Of a DNA stretch of 64,000 nt, positions 1 to 10,178 are shown piece by piece. Source of the DNA: Spirochaetales bacterium (GTDB lineage: Bacteria > Spirochaetota > GWE2-31-10 > MWDO01); contig JAFYAI010000016.1 of NCBI GenBank assembly GCA_017540815.1, positions 666 through 64,665 of the forward strand, read 5' to 3'. The notes under the pieces are model-generated. The model was not told where the DNA came from. It saw only the letters and a program-made list of their open reading frames with translations, and made no database searches. The translations under genes were made by a program, and so were the position numbers. Every line of letters starts with the position of its first letter. Within the stretch, counting starts at the first letter, position 1.

Positions 1-647
1 AGGGGGCTATGACTAATTGGTCTTATTCTACAGGTTATACGACTCTGACAGTCACCAATACCAACACGATGTCTGCCGAAGACGCGATGTATCTCCTGCC
101 GTCGCATTATGTCAACCACGATGACTACCGCATTCAGAATATCGTCGCCGATGTAACAGCACAGCTGCCTGACGGAGCGACGACCTCCGATAAACTGCGG
201 GCACTGCATGATTGGGAGACTGACTTCCTCTACTACGACTACGGCAGTATAGGTGACTACAGCGATAACCGCCGTCATCAGGAGTCTGTATGGGTGCTGG
301 ATAACAAGACTGCTGTCTGCGAAGGATATGCCAATCTCTACGCCGCACTTGCACGGCAGATAGGTGTCAAAGTCCAATATATCTCCAGCAGCATTATGAA
401 TCACGGCTGGAATAAGACATTCTTCGATAACGGCTGGAGACTCACTGATGTGACTTGGGATGACCCAACGACAGAACCGCGTGACTATACAAACACTGAG
501 CCGCTGCCATACCGGGAGAACTACAGCTACTTCATCATCGATGGCAATGATGGTCACGAAGAAGGCACTGATGCCGAGGCTGACAGCGGACGAGGTTTAC
601 AGGCTCCGCCTAAAATGTTGGGAGAAGCATTGGACGGCTGGTATTAA
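1..647 (+). CDS. Transglutaminase-like cysteine peptidase domain protein. Frame is open to the window start, so the 5' end may be truncated. An in-window ATG at 9 follows AGGGGG.
   Basis: Cys/His/Asp triad context: AVCEGYANLYAAL ... NHGWN ... DVTWDD. Confidence 0.6.
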   Translation, partial: GAMTNWSYSTGYTTLTVTNTNTMSAEDAMYLLPSHYVNHDDYRIQNIVADVTAQLPDGATTSDKLRALHDWETDFLYYDYGSIGDYSDNRRHQESVWVLDNKTAVCEGYANLYAALARQIGVKVQYISSSIMNHGWNKTFFDNGWRLTDVTWDDPTTEPRDYTNTEPLPYRENYSYFIIDGNDGHEEGTDAEADSGRGLQAPPKMLGEALDGWY

Positions 648-681
648 ACAATGTGCAATTCATAATTCATAATGTATAATT

Positions 682-722
682 AAAAAAATGAGATTTTGCA
701 CTTGCAAAATCTCATTTTTTTG
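682..722 (+). terminator. Rho-independent terminator hairpin after the first gene
   Basis: aaaaaaatgagattttgcacttgcaaaatctcattttttt: A-run, perfect stem, T-run. Confidence 0.65.
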
Positions 723-735
723 ATATAATATCACT

Positions 736-1686
736 ATGAAAACTAAAGCAAAATTCAAATTATCTATCGTTGTTCCTTCTTATAATGAAGAGCAAAATGT
801 GATGGTGCTGGCAGAGCGGCTGACTGATGTCATTGCCGCATTGGAAGTGCGGGATTATCAGGTCATCTTCGTCGATGACGGCAGCAATGACGACACGCTG
901 CGTAATCTACAGTTGCTGCATAATCAGGATAAGCATATAGAGTATATCTCATTCTCACGGAACTTCGGACATCAGTGTGCACTGCGTGCAGGACTCGATT
1001 ATGCTGACGGAGACTGCGTTATCTCAATGGATGCGGATATGCAGCATCCGCCTGAGCTGATCCCCGATATGATCGCCAAATGGCAGGAAGGATATGATAT
1101 TGTATATACACTTCGTGAAGAGTCCAAGAAGCTGTCGTTTTTCAAGCGATCGACTTCCAAAATGTTCTATGGTGTGATAAACAAACTGTCCAATATCAAG
1201 ATCCGGCCAGGTGCAGCGGACTTTCGCCTGATTGACCGCAAGGTTGTCGATGTACTCAAGCAATTCAAAGAAAACACAATGTTTTACCGAGGCATCATCT
1301 CATGGATGGGATTCCGCCAATACGGCATCGTCTATCAGCCGGCTGACCGGCTCTACGGCACATCGAAATACACTATTAAGAAAATGTTTGCATTCGCACT
1401 GAGCGGTATCACATCATTCAGCGTATTTCCGCTGCAGATCTCGACGATCATAGGCACGACTATATCGATATTCGCATTTATATATACCATATATGCTTTG
1501 ATTATCCATTTCTTCACGGACAAGGCAGTCTCCGGATGGACATCGATACTGATATGCGTGCTGTTCCTCGGCGGCATACAGCTTATAATGCTCGGCATCA
1601 TCGGAGAGTACATTGGCAAACTCTTTATAGAGTCTAAGCACCGCCCGCCGTATATTGTGGGGGAAAGTTCCTTTGAAAAAGAATAG
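736..1686 (+). CDS. GT2 polyprenyl-phosphate glycosyltransferase (GtrB/ArnC-like)
   Basis: LSIVVPSYNEE ... VIFVDDGSNDDT ... DADMQHPPE motifs, plus C-terminal transmembrane helices typical of GtrB-type enzymes. Confidence 0.85.
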   Translation: MKTKAKFKLSIVVPSYNEEQNVMVLAERLTDVIAALEVRDYQVIFVDDGSNDDTLRNLQLLHNQDKHIEYISFSRNFGHQCALRAGLDYADGDCVISMDADMQHPPELIPDMIAKWQEGYDIVYTLREESKKLSFFKRSTSKMFYGVINKLSNIKIRPGAADFRLIDRKVVDVLKQFKENTMFYRGIISWMGFRQYGIVYQPADRLYGTSKYTIKKMFAFALSGITSFSVFPLQISTIIGTTISIFAFIYTIYALIIHFFTDKAVSGWTSILICVLFLGGIQLIMLGIIGEYIGKLFIESKHRPPYIVGESSFEKE

Positions 1687-1743
1687 ACTAAAAAAAGAAA
1701 AAATATCTTTGACTTTTTTCTTTTTTCTGAGTATAATTATTAT

Positions 1744-3384
1744 ATGAAAGCAGTTTATAAACTCTTAATCGGTATTACAGTATCACTAATCGGATTATCT
1801 GTCTCCGCACAGGATATGCCGGAGATACAGTTGCCGTCGCTGAGCCTTGAGGTTGAGGACAAGCACCAGATCGTTACAGACATTCTGATCAAGGATATAA
1901 GCCTGCCGGATATAAAGTTCGACTCTATAGACAAGCCGGACTTCACGGATATAATCAAAGTCGATCTCGAAGAGACTCTGCCGGCGATCAGTGCCGGAGA
2001 AGACAGAGGTCATCCGATCGATGCGGTTATTAAGTTCGGATATGGTCTGAATAACAATGTCCTTGCTGATTTCTCGCTATTCGTCAAAAATATCAATCCT
2101 AATATAAGCGTCCGCTATCTCCGTGAGGCTCGCGAAAGTATGTTCATCGATAAACCGGATGAGACATTCTCATCATCGCTGGATGATCTGCAGACTCAGA
2201 TACTGTATAACACATCGCGGTTCAGTCTCGGCTCAGAGGTCGGCTTCTATCAGAAGAACTACTCTCTACAGAATAACAGTGCTTATGAGCGGCTCAATAA
2301 AAAAGCTCTCAATGTCGATATAGGTCCGTCGCTGAAGTTCAACAACAACAATGATCTGACATTCAGAATGTTTAACTCATTTCTGTTTTTCAATGCTCAG
2401 GGCCGAACTGATGAGACACTTCGCCGGGCAGACTTTGCATATCTTATGCAGACTGATGTCGTCTACTCACAGGTGCTTGCCGGACAGCATTTCCTGACGA
2501 CACATGCCGGATATGACTTTACCATTGACGAAGCTAAGATCACAGGCAGCACTTCTCCCGATCTCTCATCCGATACGGCTGATATATTCTTCAACAATAT
2601 CAAGACAGGCATTAACTACTCTACACTGCTGTTCGACTGTTTCCTGATTAAAGCCTCTGCGGAATTCTTAGGAACATTCCGAGATGCGACATTCTACTGG
2701 TATATCGTTCCGAATGTGAAACTCGGATATAACTTCCGCGACTACTTCAGCTGTTATGTCGAGGGCGGTGCAAACCTTATCAAACGACCAGACCAATATT
2801 GGTATAAGTCCAATGACTATGTAGTCTATCACTCCGATGCCGTGCCCGGCTATAAATGGTATGTCAAAACAGGTATCCGAGGTGCAGCTACCGGCTGGTT
2901 TAGCCAATACACTGACTTTGAGTTCGCATACAATATGGGCGGATTGGATTGGACACTGACAAACAAATCAGAGCATCTGTACTCAGTGACTAAACGCGAT
3001 TGGACGGAGATCAACATTGGTGCAGGTATCGTATTCTCAGTCAAGCAGTATCTGGAGATTACAGCCGAGTGGAAACACTACTTCTGGCAGAAGAGTTTCT
3101 TCGCTGCGTCTGACAATGTGACAGCCGAGATCAGGGCAATGATCCCCAAAGCAGGGATGACATTCGGACTGGAGTTCAAAGGCGGATTCAACCGACGCGA
3201 TACTAACGGCAGTCTTATGGGCAATATATACCTGTTGAACGGTCTTATCGATTGGAACTGGCACGAGCGATTGGGCTTAGGCATACAACTCCACAATATG
3301 CTATACTTCCAGCAGTATCAGTTGATGCAGGGATACGACGAAGCCGGATTTGAGTTTATTATCTATATGAAGATAGGATTCTAA
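1744..3384 (+). CDS. Putative outer-membrane beta-barrel protein
   Basis: N-terminal signal peptide (…SVSAQD). The C-terminus has alternating hydrophobic residues and ends in Phe (…YMKIGF), the OMP beta-signal. No recognisable family. Confidence 0.5.
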   Translation: MKAVYKLLIGITVSLIGLSVSAQDMPEIQLPSLSLEVEDKHQIVTDILIKDISLPDIKFDSIDKPDFTDIIKVDLEETLPAISAGEDRGHPIDAVIKFGYGLNNNVLADFSLFVKNINPNISVRYLREARESMFIDKPDETFSSSLDDLQTQILYNTSRFSLGSEVGFYQKNYSLQNNSAYERLNKKALNVDIGPSLKFNNNNDLTFRMFNSFLFFNAQGRTDETLRRADFAYLMQTDVVYSQVLAGQHFLTTHAGYDFTIDEAKITGSTSPDLSSDTADIFFNNIKTGINYSTLLFDCFLIKASAEFLGTFRDATFYWYIVPNVKLGYNFRDYFSCYVEGGANLIKRPDQYWYKSNDYVVYHSDAVPGYKWYVKTGIRGAATGWFSQYTDFEFAYNMGGLDWTLTNKSEHLYSVTKRDWTEINIGAGIVFSVKQYLEITAEWKHYFWQKSFFAASDNVTAEIRAMIPKAGMTFGLEFKGGFNRRDTNGSLMGNIYLLNGLIDWNWHERLGLGIQLHNMLYFQQYQLMQGYDEAGFEFIIYMKIGF

Positions 3385-3836
3385 TAACTAATCGGACTGC
3401 TGCTGCCGGATCTGATATAATGCTTATGCTTAATATATGCAGCGACTCCGATACATATATCGGCAATATAAACCCAACTCAAAGTGACAAATATTACAGC
3501 CTCGAACAGTTTCAGTTCATCGTGATCATACATCCTGACAAGACCGACAAACTGACTGAATGTCATAATGAAGAATATGACACCAAGCATAATTGCCGTC
3601 AAAAGCGGAGTCGCCATTCGCTGTGATTCAGATATATTAAGCAGATCAAATACTCCACCTGCCGACTTTAAGCCAAGTCCATAAGCAATGATGAGCAGAT
3701 ATATCGGAACAAACATAAGTTTACCGATAGTAGAGAACATAACAGGTTCGACACTCATATCCCGCGAACAGCTATATACCAAGTCCACACAATATGAAAC
3801 AAAGCACTGCAAGTGCACACGATGCCCAATATCCAA
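3381..3836 (-). CDS. Possible small polytopic membrane protein. It may continue via a frameshift into the overlapping ORF 3755..3961.
   Basis: Three predicted TM helices. The overlapping ORF in another frame adds two more. Real start uncertain. Confidence 0.3.
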   Translation of the reverse strand: MDIGHRVHLQCFVSYCVDLVYSCSRDMSVEPVMFSTIGKLMFVPIYLLIIAYGLGLKSAGGVFDLLNISESQRMATPLLTAIMLGVIFFIMTFSQFVGLVRMYDHDELKLFEAVIFVTLSWVYIADICIGVAAYIKHKHYIRSGSSSPISY

Positions 3837-4023
3837 ACCACTCTTATGTCCTTGCTTATTAACTCAAATATCGCATCAGAAATCAGCACTATTGTGGGGA
3901 ATACCAACAGAAAAGAAGCAGCGATTTTCTTATTTAATTTCAGTATCCTGTGTTCTAACATACCAATAGGTTATATTATTAATTCCAATTTGTCAAACGA
4001 AAATATCAGTAATAAATTTTTCT

Positions 4024-4060
4024 ACAAAAAAAAAGCACTGCTTTTCGCAGTGCTTTTTTT
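4024..4060 (-). terminator. Terminator downstream of rny
   Basis: aaaaaaaagcactgcttttcgcagtgctttttttg hairpin with flanking A/T runs. Confidence 0.7.
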
Positions 4061-4071
4061 GTAGAGATTTT

Positions 4072-5640
4072 TTATTTTGCATATTCAATGAATCTCGACT
4101 CTCGTATAACGGTAACTTTGATCTTACCGGGATATTTGAGTTCAGACTCAATCTGTTTAGCAATATCTCGTGCAATACCGATAGCCGCATCATCACTTGA
4201 CAATGTGCTGTTCAGCATTACGCGCAGTTCACGACCGGCCTGAATAGCAAATGCTTTCTCAACTCCGGAGAAGTTCTCGGCAATATGCTCCAAGTTCTCC
4301 AGCCGCTTAATGTAATTCTCCAAACTCTCTCGTCTTGCACCGGGACGACTTGCACTAATCGCATCCGCTGCCTGAACAAGTATGGCTTCCAGACATGTCG
4401 GTTCAACATCATTGTGATGTGCCAAGATACAGTTGAGGACTTTCTCATTCTCACCCATTTTCTTAGCCATCTCATAACCTGCTTCCGCATGGTTGTTCTC
4501 ACCGTCAGTCGTAGCACCTTTACCAATATCGTGCAGTAATCCGCCTCGCTTGGCAATATTTTCATCGCAGCCAAGTTCCCGTGCCAACGCACCGGCAATG
4601 GTTGCAACATCGATAGAATGCTGTAAGACATTCTGTCCGTAACTGGTTCTGAAATACAGCCTACCGAGAGCCATAATGCCCTCCGTAGAGAAACCAGGCA
4701 TCCCAACTTCGAGAGTAGCTTCTTCACCCTTGTCAAAGATCGTTTCATTTACCTCATCCAGCACCTTCTTAGTCACCTCTTCGATGCGAGCAGGATGAAT
4801 ACGACCATCAGTCACGAGCCGATTGAGCACAATCTTAGCCACCTCTCGTCTGATCGGATCAAAACTTGAAATAACTATCGCCTCAGGCGTATCATCGATA
4901 ATTATATCCACACCAATGAGTGTCTCCAAAGTCCGGATATTTCGTCCTTCGCGCCCAATAATGCGACCTTTCATCTCATCGTTAGGCAGCGACACACTTG
5001 TAGTGGTTATATCAGATGTAACTTCCGAGGAAATACGCTGTATTGTAGAAACGAGTATCTCTCTGGCTTTATGTTTCGCAACAATCTCAGTCTCTTCCTC
5101 AATCTTACGAATATAGATTGCGGCTTCCTGACGAGCCTTGTCTTCCAAATCTCTGATAAGAGCCGCTTTCGCCTGCTCGGAAGTCATACCTGAGATACGC
5201 TCCAACTCAGCTATACACTTTTCCTGCATAGCATTCAGAGAAGCAATCTTTTCGTTCAGGTGACGCTCCTTATCGGTAACGCTCTGCTCACGGCGTTCCA
5301 TCTCGGATGCTTTCTTATCAAGCTGATCCTCTTTCTGCTGGTTTCGCCGCTCAAGATTTTTTAACTCATTCCTACGTTCTTTGTTCTCCCGCTCAAATTC
5401 CTTCTTTTCACTATCGAAATTCTCTCTCTCTTTGAGTATTTTAGATTGAGCTTCCAATAATGCGTTTTTCTTGATGGATTCTGAGTCAAGTTTTGCCTGA
5501 TTTCTTATATCTTCGGCTTGCTTTTCTATTGTAGTCAGATTTTTGCGTGCAAGTATTCGTCTGATTACAAAACCAATGACACCGCCAAGGAGGATTGATA
5601 CTACAGCTGTTACAATTATACTAATAATCAGCATCGTCAT
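4072..5640 (-). CDS. rny: Ribonuclease Y
   Basis: N-terminal TM helix, long coiled-coil, KH domain (GREGRNIR), HD domain (LLHDIGK). 522 aa. Confidence 0.95.
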   Translation of the reverse strand: MTMLIISIIVTAVVSILLGGVIGFVIRRILARKNLTTIEKQAEDIRNQAKLDSESIKKNALLEAQSKILKERENFDSEKKEFERENKERRNELKNLERRNQQKEDQLDKKASEMERREQSVTDKERHLNEKIASLNAMQEKCIAELERISGMTSEQAKAALIRDLEDKARQEAAIYIRKIEEETEIVAKHKAREILVSTIQRISSEVTSDITTTSVSLPNDEMKGRIIGREGRNIRTLETLIGVDIIIDDTPEAIVISSFDPIRREVAKIVLNRLVTDGRIHPARIEEVTKKVLDEVNETIFDKGEEATLEVGMPGFSTEGIMALGRLYFRTSYGQNVLQHSIDVATIAGALARELGCDENIAKRGGLLHDIGKGATTDGENNHAEAGYEMAKKMGENEKVLNCILAHHNDVEPTCLEAILVQAADAISASRPGARRESLENYIKRLENLEHIAENFSGVEKAFAIQAGRELRVMLNSTLSSDDAAIGIARDIAKQIESELKYPGKIKVTVIRESRFIEYAK

Positions 5641-5753
5641 TCACTCCAAAAAATATAAAATAATCACGATTTTAATATAATCTTTTTTGTCGTGATTGTC
5701 AAGAAATATTTTATGAAATTCTAATTATTTTGTAAAAAAATGCGTTTTTTTCG

Positions 5754-6755
5754 TTAAAAAAATGTCTTAATGTTCATCTTTGTCTGATTTTCAGGCAGCG
5801 TAACCTTAGAATTCGGCGGTATAGACGATACGATCCATACATTTCCACCAATCACAGAATTCCTGCCAATGACCGTATCGCCGCCCAATATCGTCGCTCC
5901 GGCATATATCGTCACTCCATCCTCGATCGTCGGATGCCGCTTCTTGCCTCTGATGATGTTGCCGGACTCATCTCTCGGGAAACTTTTACCGCCGAGAGTC
6001 ACTCCCTGATACAGCGTCACATTGTCACCGATAACAGTTGTCTCACCGATAACCACACCGGTTCCGTGATCTATGAAGAAATGCCGCCCTATCGTTGCTC
6101 CCGGATGAATGTCTATACCGGTCAAACTGTGCGAATACTCTGACATGATGCGAGGTATCAGCTCAATGCCCTTATTATACAGGATATTGGCAATGCGGTG
6201 AACTGCGATCGCATACAATCCCGGATAGCTGAATATTATCTCGTTATAATTCACTGCCGCAGGATCACCTTCATACGCAGCCTTAACATCGAATGCGAGC
6301 ATATCTCTCAGATACGGCAGCTGCTCGATCAGATACAGACTGACCTCCATCCCTTTCTCGACACATTCCTGACAGCCGTCGCAAGAGTTATCACCCACGA
6401 TATGGCTCTGACGGAAACTCTTAATGATTTCATTGGACAACTCATCGGCGATCAGCGTGAGCTTCGACCTGACAAACTCGCCGATACCTTCGCCCTGTAT
6501 ATTATATTCCGTGAAATATCCGGGGAATATAACATCGATAAGATTATTCAGCACACGAATAATGGCATTCTTAGACGGGATCGGATACTTATCGGCGTGA
6601 TACAGCATATCACCCTTGTAATCTTCCAGCACATTATCAGCTGCCGCATTGATCCTTGATTTTATCATTTCATTATCCATCATCATACCAGCTTCTGTCA
6701 TACTCGCTTCCATTCCAAAGAATACTCGCTGCTGTCGAAAAGAACAAAACTGCAA
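5754..6755 (-). CDS. cysE: Serine O-acetyltransferase. The true start is probably an internal Met near 6686-6713.
   Basis: Left-handed beta-helix hexapeptide repeats (DIHPGATIGRHFFIDHGTGVVIGETTVIGDNVTLYQGVTLGG) and an SATase N-domain. The ORF-track start overlaps the next gene by 58 bp. Confidence 0.88.
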   Translation of the reverse strand: MQFCSFRQQRVFFGMEASMTEAGMMMDNEMIKSRINAAADNVLEDYKGDMLYHADKYPIPSKNAIIRVLNNLIDVIFPGYFTEYNIQGEGIGEFVRSKLTLIADELSNEIIKSFRQSHIVGDNSCDGCQECVEKGMEVSLYLIEQLPYLRDMLAFDVKAAYEGDPAAVNYNEIIFSYPGLYAIAVHRIANILYNKGIELIPRIMSEYSHSLTGIDIHPGATIGRHFFIDHGTGVVIGETTVIGDNVTLYQGVTLGGKSFPRDESGNIIRGKKRHPTIEDGVTIYAGATILGGDTVIGRNSVIGGNVWIVSSIPPNSKVTLPENQTKMNIKTFF

Positions 6756-7273
6756 AACGGTGTATTCGGCTTAGGCTTGCCGAGAGTTCCCGGATTGCAC
6801 AGATACATCTTATTCTTATCCAGCATTATCTTCTTATTCGGAGGGATCTCGCCGCTACCGCTTATCTTCTTCTGCACATTATCATACTCAAACAGATAAT
6901 GTCTGTGAGTGTGTCCATAGAACAGTAGTGGTATATGCTCATCCGCCAAATACGGGAACACGCGAGCAGCATCCTCGGCATATCGTATATAATCATTATC
7001 GCGGTAAGGCGATCCGTGACATGCAATGAAGATATTATCCACTGTGATCGGTCCGTCGGTAAAGTCATATCCGTCATCGCAGTTGCCTTGGACAGCAGTA
7101 TAGCCGCCCCATCTAATCTCATCGTAGAGCTGCTGCACATGGTTATACATACCGCCGGTTATATCGCCCAGACTTACCATCCGCTTCTTCCCCGGTATCG
7201 TCCGCAAAATATTGTGCATACGGCTAAACTTATCAAGATTACCGTGAATGTCAGAGAAAATCACATAAATCAT
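6698..7273 (-). CDS. Calcineurin-like metallophosphoesterase (YfcE-like)
   Basis: Motifs DIHGN, GDITGG, GNCD, GHTH. Confidence 0.8.
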   Translation of the reverse strand: MIYVIFSDIHGNLDKFSRMHNILRTIPGKKRMVSLGDITGGMYNHVQQLYDEIRWGGYTAVQGNCDDGYDFTDGPITVDNIFIACHGSPYRDNDYIRYAEDAARVFPYLADEHIPLLFYGHTHRHYLFEYDNVQKKISGSGEIPPNKKIMLDKNKMYLCNPGTLGKPKPNTPFCSFVLFDSSEYSLEWKRV

Positions 7274-7282
7274 TGCAGGCTC

Positions 7283-8320
7283 TCATTTCAATTTCATGAA
7301 CGCAGTCATCGCTTCGATATATTTTCTCTGATGGAGCAGTAAAGCCAACTCTATAGCATTAGTCACATCTTTGGCATTGCACATTCCGTGACCGATAAGC
7401 ACAGTGCCATCCACTCCCAACAGCGGAGCTGCTCCGAAATATTTCGGTGTAACTTTACCCTTTATGCGTTCCTTGACTTTAGACCACAGATGGAAGACAG
7501 ACATCGCACTGGTCATAACTTTCTCTCCGAAGCCTTTATGCTTATCCGAAACAGATCCTGACAAAACTCCCATCAGGTATTTGATCATAGATTCGGCGAA
7601 TTTCAGCATTGTGTTGCCCAGCAATCCGTCACATACTACTATATCTGTCGAACCGTCCAATATATTATACGGCTCGACATTGCCGTTGAATATTACCTTG
7701 CCGATAGCAGCCTGTTTATTGAGATACGAGTATGCTTTCTTAATATAAGTCGTGCCTTTGTCTGCCTCTGTGCCCATATTGAGCAAGCCTATCCGAGGCT
7801 CGGCAAGACTGCTGCTTATAACAGAATGATACGCTACACCGAGTTTGGCATTCTGCAGCAGAGACTCTTCCGATACTTCGGGATTTGCTCCGACATCCAG
7901 CATCATAGTCTCTCCGCCGTCTTTGCGTGGAAATGACGCAGCCATAGCAGGACGCTTGATCCCCGGCAGATAGCCGAGATACAGGCATGCCGCCACAACG
8001 GTAGCTCCGGTATTACCCGGTGAAAAGAAAGCATCTATCGTCTTGTTTTTTAGCATTCGGCAGCCGATCACAACCGTGCAGTCTCTGCGTTTCCGCACAT
8101 CTGTCGGCTTCTCATCCATTCTGATAAAATCAGCAGTTCCGACAATCTTTACTCTTTTATCATTATCTTTAATAATGTGTGGGAATGACTCTAATATGCG
8201 ATTTTCGTTGCCGATGAGAGTAAGAGAAATATCCGGATCGAGCGCCAAAGATGCTAATGCACCGCGGACCATCTCCGCAAAAGGACGCTCGCCCGAATCA
8301 ACATCAATTCCGATATTCAA
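7283..8320 (-). CDS. plsX: Phosphate acyltransferase PlsX
   Basis: Full-length PlsX similarity. Conserved adjacency to rpmF. Confidence 0.93.
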   Translation of the reverse strand: MNIGIDVDSGERPFAEMVRGALASLALDPDISLTLIGNENRILESFPHIIKDNDKRVKIVGTADFIRMDEKPTDVRKRRDCTVVIGCRMLKNKTIDAFFSPGNTGATVVAACLYLGYLPGIKRPAMAASFPRKDGGETMMLDVGANPEVSEESLLQNAKLGVAYHSVISSSLAEPRIGLLNMGTEADKGTTYIKKAYSYLNKQAAIGKVIFNGNVEPYNILDGSTDIVVCDGLLGNTMLKFAESMIKYLMGVLSGSVSDKHKGFGEKVMTSAMSVFHLWSKVKERIKGKVTPKYFGAAPLLGVDGTVLIGHGMCNAKDVTNAIELALLLHQRKYIEAMTAFMKLK

Positions 8321-8326
8321 GGTAGA

Positions 8327-8512
8327 TTATGCCTCTGTAACCTGAACAACAGAATTGCCTTTGTAATAACCGCAATGTATACAAACCTTGTGAGGTGGTG
8401 TCAAGCCGCCGCACTCCGGGCATTTCGTCATACCAGGCAATGTCAGTTTCATATTGATGCTTCTGTGCATTCTCTTTCTTGATTTCGACGCTCTATGTTT
8501 TGGTACTGCCAT
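8327..8512 (-). CDS. rpmF: 50S ribosomal protein L32
   Basis: MAVPKHRASKSRKRMHR ... CPECG ... CIHCGYY zinc-ribbon L32. Confidence 0.9.
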   Translation of the reverse strand: MAVPKHRASKSRKRMHRSINMKLTLPGMTKCPECGGLTPPHKVCIHCGYYKGNSVVQVTEA

Positions 8513-8653
8513 TTTGCAACCTCCATATTTATGGTATTAAACATTCTCTTGTTATTGTTTTGTATTTATACAATATTTTACGAAAAAAGTCAATATAAAT
8601 GATGACTAAAAAGTCATGATAACTGCACGAAATGCAAACTGATTATTCTATGA

Positions 8654-9514
8654 TTATCTGTCGATGATAATCGCTACTCTTCCGTTGCGGATGCTGTCCC
8701 GCGTAGCGGAAGACGCAAGTATCCTTTTAGCATCCGGAGTTGTAATGACAAGCACACTGCCGACATCATCACCTGTCCCATAAGCGACCATCCTGTATGG
8801 GTTAGAGCCGATACGATCGGTGAGATCTCCATTAATATTGTATGAATACTGCACCATCCCCTGTCGGCGAATGACATTGGCATCGACATTATACTGATTG
8901 AACACCTGATGACCGTCATCATCAATGACAGACACAAACATACTCGGCTGAACAGTCACATCATGACCGCCAAAAGACTTCAGCACACCGCGTGCATCGA
9001 TGATAATCCCAGAATAATCCGACTTGAAATGGAATCCTTCGTATTGGTGCAGCTCCTCGGTATAGAAACCTTCCTGAGCCATAATGATATTCGCAACGGA
9101 GTTATCCCCGTAAAGGTTGATCGAATATGACAGCCTAACGGTACTCAGATCGGGATACTCGATACTCTCCAGATTAGCCTCGTCAATCAGGGTAAGCAGC
9201 GCACTGTCTCGGACAGGATTCTCCGATATATAGTCCATCAGCGGCACTGACTGGCTGATATTAATATCCGACAGTATCCTAAAGTAATTAACCTTAGCTT
9301 TCTCTCGTGCCGCTTCTGTCTGCAGCAGTCGATTATGCGGGAAGTTATAATTATACTCTGTCCGCACACTGATCACAGAATATATCTTGCCTTTCGACCA
9401 GTCGATATACGATTGTTCAGTCAAAGCAAATGATGAGAATGAAGCCGTTAATATAAAGAATGTCATTATCAGTTTTATTATATTTTTCATAACTATATTA
9501 TCGGCATTATCCAA
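8654..9514 (-). CDS. Hypothetical exported protein
   Basis: Signal-peptide-like N-terminus (MKNIIKLIMTFFILTASFSSFA). No recognisable domain. Confidence 0.5.
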   Translation of the reverse strand: MDNADNIVMKNIIKLIMTFFILTASFSSFALTEQSYIDWSKGKIYSVISVRTEYNYNFPHNRLLQTEAAREKAKVNYFRILSDINISQSVPLMDYISENPVRDSALLTLIDEANLESIEYPDLSTVRLSYSINLYGDNSVANIIMAQEGFYTEELHQYEGFHFKSDYSGIIIDARGVLKSFGGHDVTVQPSMFVSVIDDDGHQVFNQYNVDANVIRRQGMVQYSYNINGDLTDRIGSNPYRMVAYGTGDDVGSVLVITTPDAKRILASSATRDSIRNGRVAIIIDR

Positions 9515-9569
9515 AAGAAGTTAAAATAAACAATAATATTTTGCTAACGCAAAATATTATTGTTCATTT

Positions 9570-10178
9570 TTACACTTTCACAGTCTTATTGAACCTGCTC
9601 ATCGCTTCTTCGTAGTTCTTGTCGAAGATAAGCGGCAGAGCCTCGGCAATCTTTGGGAAAATATCATTCTCAAGAGCGGACAGCTGCTCCGGCGAGAAAT
9701 CGCCAAGTACATAATCTTTCAGCACATCGTTGCCGTCGGGACTGCTCTTAGGACTGCTCACGCCGATCTTGATCCGAGGGAAATCCTCTCCGCCGAGAAG
9801 CTGTATAATATTCTTGATGCCGTTGTGACCGCCTGCCGAACCTCGCTGACGAATCCGAATCATCCCGAACGGCAGAGAAATATCGTCGTATATCACGACG
9901 AGATTCTCCTTGGGGATCTTGAAGTAACTCATACAGGCTGTAACAGCGTTGCCGCTAAGATTCATATATGTCTGCGGCTTAATCAGATATACAGTTTTAT
10001 CGCCGAAAGCGTGACGCAATTGCGTAAAAGTAAAATTCTTCTTCTTCTTGAACTCGTCACATTCTGTTTGGCGGCTCAGATAATCAAGACATAAGAATCC
10101 GCTGTTATGACGGTTATGTTCGTATTCTGCACCGGGATTACCAAGACCTATAACGGCATAGGCATTATTATCTGACAT
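9570..10178 (-). CDS. pth: Peptidyl-tRNA hydrolase
   Basis: VIGLGNPGAEYEHNRHNSGF signature. 202 aa. Confidence 0.93.
   Translation of the reverse strand: MSDNNAYAVIGLGNPGAEYEHNRHNSGFLCLDYLSRQTECDEFKKKKNFTFTQLRHAFGDKTVYLIKPQTYMNLSGNAVTACMSYFKIPKENLVVIYDDISLPFGMIRIRQRGSAGGHNGIKNIIQLLGGEDFPRIKIGVSSPKSSPDGNDVLKDYVLGDFSPEQLSALENDIFPKIAEALPLIFDKNYEEAMSRFNKTVKV

Noticed and set aside
4218-4748. 176-aa ORF on - strand in another frame
   Set aside because: Falls inside rny, whose KH and HD motifs confirm the annotated frame.
6656-7342. 90-aa and 135-aa + strand ORFs
   Set aside because: Antisense within the metallophosphoesterase gene and the cysE 5' end. No support.
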